NCBI GenBank assembly: GCA_003650925.1
Contig: QMSP01000006.1
Span: 18,971 to 82,970, forward strand
Origin: Thermoprotei archaeon
Lineage (GTDB): Archaea > Thermoproteota > Thermoprotei > QMSL01
Direction: 5' to 3'
DNA: 64,000 nucleotides
Position 1 is the first letter of the stretch. Every line of letters begins with the position of its first letter. Under the pieces are notes generated by a model. That model saw only the letters and a list, made by a program, of their open reading frames with translations, searched no databases and had not been told where the DNA came from. Positions 30,768 to 37,996 of the stretch are shown here, in pieces. Made by a program: the position numbers and the translations under genes.

Positions 30768-30830
30768 CTCCTCAGCTACGGCCACAATCATCATTAATCC
30801 CTCAGCTAAGCCCGCCTTTTCATCACACTC
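30768..30830 (-). ncRNA. C/D-box sRNA (candidate 2'-O-methylation guide)
   Basis: Minus-strand RNA reads GUGAUGA (C), a 14-nt guide AAAGGCGGGCUUAG, CUGA (D'), a 7-nt spacer, AUGAUGA (C'), a 12-nt guide UUGUGGCCGUAG and CUGA (D). It lies in the 94-bp spacer between two minus-strand genes. Confidence 0.7.
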
Positions 30831-30853
30831 ATTACGTATTTTGTAAAAGGGGG

Positions 30854-31738
30854 CTAATAAACATTGAGTGACTCCTCATCTTCTATGGGCTCAATATGAA
30901 TAACCACATCAACCACTCTTGGTATATTACTCAGAATGGCTTCCTCCACTTCATGTGCTATTCTATGGGCTTCTTCAACCTCTACCTGGCCATCAACTTG
31001 AATATGAAGATCCACGAAGATTTTGCCAGCCACTCTTCTTGTTCTTACAGCATGGCATCCTCTCACGCCTGGCACCGATAAGGCCACTTTTCTTACCTCC
31101 TCTCTGACATTGGCAGCCACGTCTAGAACCTCATAGCATAAGTCTACTAGATTTCTGATAATGCCATAGCTTAGCAGTCCTATTATGAGCAGTGTGGCTA
31201 ATATGTCGAAGAGTGGAGTCCACTTGACTGCAAGAATGATGTTAAAGAAGACAATACTGCTCTCTCCTACATCTGACAATATGTGTCTGACCTCTGCTTT
31301 AGCCGATATACTCTCAGTAGTTGCTCTTCTCAATACTACAAAAGATAACAACAGGATCAGGAATGATACAAAAGCATACCATATAGCGCTTACGTCTACT
31401 ACATGCACCAATTTCTCAACCACGACCTTACTCCAGAGCATGGTCGACAGAGCAACCAAGATGGAAGTCATTATGAGTATGCTCGTTATAAATGATAATG
31501 CCTCAATCCTCATGTGCCCATAGGGATGCTCCTCATCAGGTGGCTTCCTAGCCAAGGTACTAAATAGATACGCTAGCCCCAGAGAGATGACGTTTGCTAT
31601 TGAATCCAGTCCATCCGCCAACAAGGCTATACTGCCTGTGGTCAAGCCACCATGTACTCTTAGGAATATTGACGTGATGTTAAGCACTTGAGCTAGAATA
31701 AGCGCTCTTCTAGCCTTTGATATACTATCATCCTCCAT
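30854..31738 (-). CDS. cation diffusion facilitator (CDF) family metal efflux transporter
   Basis: TM domain with LLADGLDS and HPYGHMRIE motifs, followed by a C-terminal cytoplasmic CDF domain. Confidence 0.8.
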   Translation of the reverse strand: MEDDSISKARRALILAQVLNITSIFLRVHGGLTTGSIALLADGLDSIANVISLGLAYLFSTLARKPPDEEHPYGHMRIEALSFITSILIMTSILVALSTMLWSKVVVEKLVHVVDVSAIWYAFVSFLILLLSFVVLRRATTESISAKAEVRHILSDVGESSIVFFNIILAVKWTPLFDILATLLIIGLLSYGIIRNLVDLCYEVLDVAANVREEVRKVALSVPGVRGCHAVRTRRVAGKIFVDLHIQVDGQVEVEEAHRIAHEVEEAILSNIPRVVDVVIHIEPIEDEESLNVY

Positions 31739-31958
31739 CTAGTATCTCAAGTATCTCAATGATGGTATCTTTCTCTATTCTGAAGCTTTTTGGGTCACTG
31801 ACTATCTCCTTTTCATGAGCGACGATCACAGCATCATATTTTATGTTCATCTTGTAAAGAGCTTCTGCTAAGGTTTCACCCTTCTTTACTTCCACTACTT
31901 CAATACGAGGCGGTATTTCATAGCTATGTATTACCTTGAGGGAAGGCATATTCAGCAC
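31728..31958 (-). CDS. ThiS/MoaD/SAMP-like ubiquitin-fold small protein ending in Gly-Gly
   Basis: A 76-aa ORF terminating ...ILEILDGG-stop. It is divergently adjacent to an E1-like adenylyltransferase. Confidence 0.55.
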   Translation of the reverse strand: MLNMPSLKVIHSYEIPPRIEVVEVKKGETLAEALYKMNIKYDAVIVAHEKEIVSDPKSFRIEKDTIIEILEILDGG

Positions 31959-31987
31959 CTGCCCACTCTGATCATGAGGTAGAGAAC

Positions 31988-32743
31988 ATGGCCTCCCTAA
32001 TAAATGTAGAGGAGCTTGAGATCTACAAGAGGCAGCTCCTCATAAAAGGCTTTACCATAGAAGTTCAGCAGAAGCTCAAGAAGGCTACCGTCCTCATAGC
32101 TGGAGTTGGAGGGCTTGGCTCCATAGTCTCCCTCTGTCTAGCAGGTGCAGGGATCGGGAGGCTAGTCCTGGTTGACCATGATGTGATAAATGTGAGTGAC
32201 CTCAATAGACAATTCCTGTTCTCATATTCTGATGTCGGAAAACCAAAAGTGGAGGTTGCATGTAGACGCTTAAAGAGTCTCAACCCCTTCATTAAGGCTA
32301 TAGGTCTGAAGCTTACCATAGACGAGAGAAGCATGGAAAGAGTGATAGATGATTTCAAAGTTGATGTAGTTATTGACTGCCTTGATAACATAGAGTCACG
32401 CATGATCTTGAATAAAGTCGTGGTCAAGAAGGAGATACCTATGGTTCATGGAGGAGTCAGGGGTCTTAAGGGAGAGATCATGGTTATTGTCCCTAGAAAG
32501 ACTCCTTGCCTTCAATGTCTACTTCCCCAGCTGACCAAGGGGGAGAAGCGACGAGAGATACCTGTTATAGGCCCCATAGTTACTATCATAGGAGGCCTGG
32601 AAGCTCTTGAAGCCATAAAGATCATCAGCGGGGTAGGATCTCCTCTCTTGAATAAGCTATTGAGGATAGATGGGCGAGTACTGAACGTAAAAGTCTATGG
32701 TATTGCAAGAAATCCCAATTGTCCTGTATGCGCCTCTGTTTAA
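31988..32743 (+). CDS. E1-like adenylyltransferase (ThiF/MoeB/UbaA family)
   Basis: Rossmann motif LIAGVGGLGS; two CxxC pairs (CLQC, CPVC) form the Zn site. No rhodanese domain is present. Confidence 0.8.
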   Translation: MASLINVEELEIYKRQLLIKGFTIEVQQKLKKATVLIAGVGGLGSIVSLCLAGAGIGRLVLVDHDVINVSDLNRQFLFSYSDVGKPKVEVACRRLKSLNPFIKAIGLKLTIDERSMERVIDDFKVDVVIDCLDNIESRMILNKVVVKKEIPMVHGGVRGLKGEIMVIVPRKTPCLQCLLPQLTKGEKRREIPVIGPIVTIIGGLEALEAIKIISGVGSPLLNKLLRIDGRVLNVKVYGIARNPNCPVCASV

Positions 32744-32821
32744 GCCACTTCTTCAACTATGCAGGTAGAAGAAAAACGCTACGTCAGGACTCTTTCATGT
32801 TCGTCTCCTCATAAGTCATCT

Positions 32822-33412
32822 CTAAACTCTTCCTTCCTTTATCCTAGTTATTATCTCATCGGTCTTCATTATCTCTGCTCCATAGATGTTCTTCATGTAG
32901 TCAAGTGCCCTCTTATGCTCTTCAACAGTGAACGTTGTAGTTGCGTCCTCAACTACTATGACTCTATACCCTCTGAAGAAAGCATCAGCTGCTGTGTGAA
33001 GAACACATACCGTACTATGTATCCCTGTCAGGATCAATGTATCAACCTTTAGCTCCCTAAGGAGAATATCTAGGTCCGTCTGGAAGAAAGCACTATATCT
33101 TCTCTTCTCCACTATATAATCACCACTCTTGGGCTTTAGTTCATCAACAACTTCTGCCCCATCAGTACCCTTGATGGCATGTGGCCCCCATAGTCTAAAC
33201 TCAGCATCTATATCTGGCAAGTGTGAGTCATTGGTGTATATCACGGGTATCTTATGAGCCCTGGCAGCTTCGAGTATTTTACTTATGTTAGGAATTATGT
33301 CCTTAGCCCTTTCGCACTTAAGAGCTCCCGTGACAAAATCCTTGAGCATATCTATGACCAGAACAGCTACCCTACCCATGTTATCCTCCTCATATGCACT
33401 ATGTCTCAGCAA
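32822..33412 (-). CDS. isochorismatase-family cysteine hydrolase (nicotinamidase-like)
   Basis: VLVIDMLKDF...YTNDSH...GIHSTVCV fits the Asp-Lys-Cys triad arrangement. Confidence 0.75.
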   Translation of the reverse strand: MLRHSAYEEDNMGRVAVLVIDMLKDFVTGALKCERAKDIIPNISKILEAARAHKIPVIYTNDSHLPDIDAEFRLWGPHAIKGTDGAEVVDELKPKSGDYIVEKRRYSAFFQTDLDILLRELKVDTLILTGIHSTVCVLHTAADAFFRGYRVIVVEDATTTFTVEEHKRALDYMKNIYGAEIMKTDEIITRIKEGRV

Positions 33413-33431
33413 CCACTTTATTAAGCTATCA

Positions 33432-34034
33432 TCAGCTTACTCTACGTCTCTCAATCTCCTTAGCTATGAAGCTCACCACTGTTATCAGCGCAAGTATATA
33501 CAGGCCTGTGTCCGCCTTTGTATAAGCTACTGTCTCTCCATACATAATAGAGAACCTCAGAGGCTCTATCCATTGAAGTGGAAGCGTTAATAGACATAGC
33601 ACGAGAATAGACAAGAGCCTTCTATACCCCATGCTAATCAGGTCAACTGCATCAGTCCTATTACCTATGAAACTCATGATGCTACCTAGCGCGAGGCTAA
33701 CGATCGACATCACCATCAACACTCTGTAGATCCAAGTGAAGACATCTATTATTGGAGATATGTTTTCAATTGTATCAACGTAGACATCAATCATGACGTT
33801 AGCGTTTCGTGTTGTATTCCCTACTAACAGTTGGGCCATACTGCTCCACCTAACTTCTACCCCTGTGCTCCATGACCTTATGCTCATCACAAGAGCTAGC
33901 TCCTGTCCTCCCCTATGCGTGAACTCCACAAATGCATATATCAAGCCTAGATCGACGAATAGAAGCACAGCTAAAGCTATTGCTGATGCTAGCGCTAACA
34001 GTCCAACTGCAGTGATATTAAGCCCTCTGATCAT
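33432..34034 (-). CDS. hypothetical multi-pass membrane protein
   Basis: Hydrophobic ORF with about 5 predicted TM segments. It overlaps the start of the next ORF by 4 nt, consistent with an operon. Confidence 0.4.
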   Translation of the reverse strand: MIRGLNITAVGLLALASAIALAVLLFVDLGLIYAFVEFTHRGGQELALVMSIRSWSTGVEVRWSSMAQLLVGNTTRNANVMIDVYVDTIENISPIIDVFTWIYRVLMVMSIVSLALGSIMSFIGNRTDAVDLISMGYRRLLSILVLCLLTLPLQWIEPLRFSIMYGETVAYTKADTGLYILALITVVSFIAKEIERRRVS

Positions 34035-34495
34035 CCTCTAACCTCCACTTTTATGCTGAGGCTTATGCCTCTTGGAATTATCTTCACAGGCACAAGACCA
34101 GTTATGAAAATCTTAGCCTCAGGGTGCGTGGTGAGATAATTGATCATCTCCTTCCCCTGCCTTATAACAAGTTCTATCGTGCTCTCCGAGAGGGGCTTCA
34201 GTACCTCTTCTCTCATCTCAAGGACATGTTCCTCATCATCCACTACTATATGAAGGAGAGCAGGACCTACTATTATGGTTGAGCGCATACTATTCCTTAT
34301 GACTAGCACCAGATGCAGATCTTCATCTACAATCTTAACCTCCTTATACTCTATATTAATACCGTTCCTTGGAACTAAGTCCTCATAAACTAAGACACCT
34401 CTCCAGTCTCCTCCCATCTGAACATCAATGAGAGGCTTAAGACATAACACTATGAGGACTGCATTAATTATTGACACAACTGTTGATAAGCGCAT
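34031..34495 (-). CDS. hypothetical protein with N-terminal signal-anchor
   Basis: A single N-terminal TM followed by a beta-rich soluble domain; co-oriented with the preceding ORF. Confidence 0.4.
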   Translation of the reverse strand: MRLSTVVSIINAVLIVLCLKPLIDVQMGGDWRGVLVYEDLVPRNGINIEYKEVKIVDEDLHLVLVIRNSMRSTIIVGPALLHIVVDDEEHVLEMREEVLKPLSESTIELVIRQGKEMINYLTTHPEAKIFITGLVPVKIIPRGISLSIKVEVRG

Positions 34496-34572
34496 ATCCC
34501 TCCCTCATCATTGTTCATATCCTTGAAGTATTTAGAGGCTAAACAGATTTAAAAATATTGAAGTAGTTTTAA

Positions 34573-34640
34573 CCCGGGCGTGAAGGGAGAGGTCATGGTG
34601 CGGAACATCCGCCCTCCCTCTCCCCGTCCCACCCGGGCCC
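34573..34640 (+). other. GC-rich imperfect long hairpin in a divergent intergenic region
   Basis: CCCGGG...GGGAGAGG...(GCGGA-ACA-UCCGC)...CCUCUCCC...CCCGGG: nested complementary arms with palindromic CCCGGG ends. GC is about 70%, compared with about 35% in the flanking spacer. Confidence 0.35.
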
Positions 34641-34723
34641 TGAGTGAACCATAACCTCTGCCATTGATAAGTCTATCTCATGTAGCGTAATCTTAAATTC
34701 ACTTTCAAGCCTATAATCTCTGC

Positions 34724-34779
34724 AGAATGATGAGCCGATGGCTGGCTGAATCATGATGAGTTCGCTGTTAGCTGATTCC
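34724..34779 (+). ncRNA. C/D-box sRNA (candidate 2'-O-methylation guide)
   Basis: AUGAUGA (C, 34727-34733), 12-nt guide GCCGAUGGCUGG, CUGA (D', 34746-34749), 3-nt spacer, AUGAUGA (C', 34753-34759), 12-nt guide GUUCGCUGUUAG, CUGA (D, 34772-34775). This is the exact archaeal 12/3/12 architecture. The putative 3-bp GAA/UUC terminal stem is marginal. A TTAAAT TATA-like element sits about 28 nt upstream. Confidence 0.8.
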
Positions 34780-34966
34780 AGTAACAATATTGGCTGTGCA
34801 CGACATACTGAAAGACGTGAGTGAAGTTTAGCATGAACTTGTTATATGCAAGCTTCACATTCGAGATATGCAATCTTCCATCCTGAGTTATCATGTCTAA
34901 TAGCTCGAGTTCCTGTATGAATATATGAGCGCTTAGATCTATAGTCTTCATGGGAGAGGCCTCCTC

Positions 34967-35668
34967 ATGAATTCAAAGATTATAGAGATAGTCTGGTCAA
35001 CTGATGTTGTGGAAAAATTCCATAGGTTATCCATAGCCTCACTCACCATAATAAATGTTAAGATAAAGCCAAGGAATAAAGAGCTGGACGATCTGGTGAA
35101 GGACAAGGTTGAGTATTTAAGAGAACGCTATACGCTTGAGAGGCTAAAGAATGAAGCTCTTGTAAGAGCCTATAGAGACTTCTTCTGGAGAATGGGAATA
35201 GATCCCACGAAGAGAAGGCCTGCTGCTGAAGCTCTCTTAAGGCGAATTCTTCAGGGCAAAGGCCTTCCTCGCATACTTAACGTAGTTGATGCCTATAATC
35301 TCGCCTCAGCTGAGACCCTCATAACTATGAGCGCTTATGACCTTGACAAAGTAGAGCCTCCGTTAATCGTACGATTTGCCAAGAAGGGAGAGGAAGTAAT
35401 CCTCATAGGCAATAGGCGAAGAGTTCTCACGGGAAGAGAGCTCGTTCTCAGTGATCAGGAAGGTATCCTCTGTGTGTACGTTCATGGCGATGTTGAAAGA
35501 ACAAAGGTGACATCTGAGACCAGGAACATACTTCTCGTAGCATATGGCACTCCTGGCATGTCTGTCTCTGTCCTCATGGACTCCTTGAAGAAAGCTTATG
35601 AATACATAACTAAATGCGCTGGTGGCCAATTGCTTCAGGTGTTCGCATCAAGAACATCTTATACATGA
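34967..35668 (+). CDS. B3/4-domain protein (tRNA-binding-like, COG3382-type)
   Basis: Resembles stand-alone homologues of the PheT B3/B4 domain. The assignment is moderate. Confidence 0.5.
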   Translation: MNSKIIEIVWSTDVVEKFHRLSIASLTIINVKIKPRNKELDDLVKDKVEYLRERYTLERLKNEALVRAYRDFFWRMGIDPTKRRPAAEALLRRILQGKGLPRILNVVDAYNLASAETLITMSAYDLDKVEPPLIVRFAKKGEEVILIGNRRRVLTGRELVLSDQEGILCVYVHGDVERTKVTSETRNILLVAYGTPGMSVSVLMDSLKKAYEYITKCAGGQLLQVFASRTSYT

Positions 35669-35685
35669 CCTCATGAATAGTTCAG

Positions 35686-36924
35686 GTGGTCCTAGTGTTC
35701 AAACTGCCTTCACTGCTAGACAGAATAGTGATGATATATGGCAGAATAAAAGGTAATGCAAGAGTTCTCCTCCTCACTGAGCCGCTGTGGAGTATTCCCA
35801 TGCCTTGGCTATTCTACTATCTTCCGCTCTTCCTTGCCCACATAGGCCTAAGCGAGGTGGAGATAGGCTATGTTATAGCTTTCTCCTCAGTTCTTCACGT
35901 AATATGTCCTCCTCTCTCAAGCTTTTTCGCTAAAAGGTGGGGATTTAAGAAGGCCTTCATACTTCTGGATGCTATAGGATGGATTCCTTGGCTTGTAATA
36001 TGGGTTTTGGCTCGAAGCTCAATCCACGCCTTTATAGCCACTTCATTCATGGCCTTCGTGGCCATGGCGGCTACACTATGGGAGTGTCTGCTCATGGAAG
36101 GCACTGATCCTGACGTAAGACCTACCATATACGGCTCCATTCAGATGATATATCTCATAGGCAATCTGCTAACCCCCACGGCTGGCTATGTAATTCATGT
36201 TAAAGGGCTAGGATATGGTTACAAGCTACTCTGCTTGTTAGCTATATCTTCATTGTCTATTATGTACTTAGTGAGAGCCCTGTACCTGAAGGAGCCTGCA
36301 TCGGTCAAGGAGGAGCCTTACTTCTCCTATGATATGGTTCTAGAGTTACTCATTAAAAAGAAAGGTCTCTTAGTAATACTCTCAATAAATGCCTTATGGA
36401 GCTTTCAACTTACTATAATGAGCACTTTCCTGGTGCTTCTTCTCGTCGATCCAAGAGCTTTCATGCTCACTGAGAGTGAAGTGGCTATGGTCCCCTTCGT
36501 GAGCTCTCTTGTACAGTTATTGGTTGTCTTACTAATGGTTCCTAGAGTAACTTCGCATATCCAAACTGCAGTATTATCGCTGAGCTACATGGTGTCCACT
36601 GCGACGCTAGCCTTGATATTCTTCATACCTCCAAGAAGCCTGAGCCTTGTGCTCGTATTCGCATTTCTTGATGCTATACCCTCCTCTCTTATGTGGCCTC
36701 TCAATAGGGCCATACTATTCGCTTTCATGGGAAGTTTAGGTCCAGGCTCCAAGACTAAGATTATTGCACTCGCAAACATGTTAGGATCCCTTGCCTCAGC
36801 CATTGCAGGCCCCATAGGTGGTATATTATTCTCCATGGATCCTCTCCTTCCCTTTATCTTAATCATAGGCACTAGGATGACCTCAGGCTTCATGTTGATG
36901 TTATCAAGTAGGCTACTAAAGTAA
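35686..36924 (+). CDS. major facilitator superfamily transporter
   Basis: About 12 predicted TM helices with an MFS-like two-fold repeat. Confidence 0.6.
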   Translation: MVLVFKLPSLLDRIVMIYGRIKGNARVLLLTEPLWSIPMPWLFYYLPLFLAHIGLSEVEIGYVIAFSSVLHVICPPLSSFFAKRWGFKKAFILLDAIGWIPWLVIWVLARSSIHAFIATSFMAFVAMAATLWECLLMEGTDPDVRPTIYGSIQMIYLIGNLLTPTAGYVIHVKGLGYGYKLLCLLAISSLSIMYLVRALYLKEPASVKEEPYFSYDMVLELLIKKKGLLVILSINALWSFQLTIMSTFLVLLLVDPRAFMLTESEVAMVPFVSSLVQLLVVLLMVPRVTSHIQTAVLSLSYMVSTATLALIFFIPPRSLSLVLVFAFLDAIPSSLMWPLNRAILFAFMGSLGPGSKTKIIALANMLGSLASAIAGPIGGILFSMDPLLPFILIIGTRMTSGFMLMLSSRLLK

Positions 36925-37000
36925 TTAACTTGGTAAAGGATGAGGAGGAAAAGATCATGCACAGAAGATACTTATGGATGCACGATATACCAGAGGATAA

Positions 37001-37056
37001 GGGATGATGAGTACTTTTCAGGGAGAACGATGATCGAAGTGCCCGAGGCTGACTGT
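37001..37056 (+). ncRNA. C/D-box sRNA candidate with degenerate D'/C' boxes
   Basis: AUGAUGA (C, 37004-37010), 12-nt guide GUACUUUUCAGG, GAGA (degenerate D'), 3-nt spacer, AUGAUCG (degenerate C'), 12-nt guide AAGUGCCCGAGG, CUGA (D, 37049-37052). The 12/4/3/7/12/4 spacing is exact. Confidence 0.55.
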
Positions 37057-37603
37057 CTCCATAACACTTTTAGTCTGCACGTGGAAGCAAAAGTCCAAGG
37101 ATTAAAAAGAGAAGTATTCTTAGATCAAGGTGTTTTCTTGAGCAACACCATGGCAAAGGCTACAGTATACATGTCGGCAATAGGGTCTATTTCCCGAGTA
37201 TCAATACTAATCTGAACTACTCTTCTTTGATCCGGAGGATCTCTATCATCGCCCAAATGGGTTAGCTTGAAGAGTCTCAAGTTATCACCTCTATCTTAAT
37301 AGTTACATATGAAACTTAAAAGCTTATCCCTGCATGATCCTTATTACTGATAGTCATTCATCATTCATGATAATATGTCCAGTAGTAATTGTTGCATAAG
37401 TAACTGTTAAAAATCGTTGGAAGGATACAAAAACCTCCTTTGGCTTAGGCAACGCTACTGTTATAAGTCTACCACTACTCAGGCTTGAATTCTCTTTACT
37501 CAAATCTAGTACCAGTTTTAGCTCTTGAGTCTTATGGGGCCTTAGATTTTTACGAAAGCTCTCCAGAATAATTACTCGATAATACATAGGCAGGTGATTT
37601 AGT

Positions 37604-37897
37604 GTGGTTAGACCATTGCCTATTGAAGTGCCCATCAAGGGGAAAATTGTGAATATAGAAGTTCCCAGAACCGGTTATCGATGGAGAGGTGTTGTGGAGT
37701 TATCTCTAGAAGATGGCCTTAAGGTGGCTTTAATCATGACAGGTTCCATAGCGCAATGGTTGTCCAAAGGAGAGCTCGTTGAGGTAACTTTTCACAACGA
37801 GCCTAGATATATAAGAGGTGAATACGTAGGACTGCCCGACGATTATGAGCTTAAAAGAATATGGAATGGTGAGTATATTCTCATATGGCCTCCATGA
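37604..37897 (+). CDS. hypothetical 97-aa protein in the same frame as the downstream GNAT-ABC gene
   Basis: The ORF ends with TGA at 37895-37897. The next 99 nt contain no stop in that frame and run straight into the ATG at 37997. Confidence 0.4.
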   Translation: MVRPLPIEVPIKGKIVNIEVPRTGYRWRGVVELSLEDGLKVALIMTGSIAQWLSKGELVEVTFHNEPRYIRGEYVGLPDDYELKRIWNGEYILIWPP

Positions 37898-37996
37898 TCT
37901 CGAGAAGCTCGTGTTCAGAGGAAGGATCCTGTAAAAGGTGAGGTCATCTATGAATATAGGGTCAGGGCAAGGGAGGCGGTCAGTGAGAGAGATTAT

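Noticed and set aside
36940-37215. 91-aa plus-strand ORF after the MFS gene
   Set aside because: It contains a C/D-box sRNA with exact box spacing, and its amino-acid composition looks non-protein-like, so it is probably non-coding.
37895-37897. TGA as a selenocysteine codon
   Set aside because: No SECIS-like element was sought or found, and Sec machinery is not known in Crenarchaeota. Readthrough or two separate genes are more likely.
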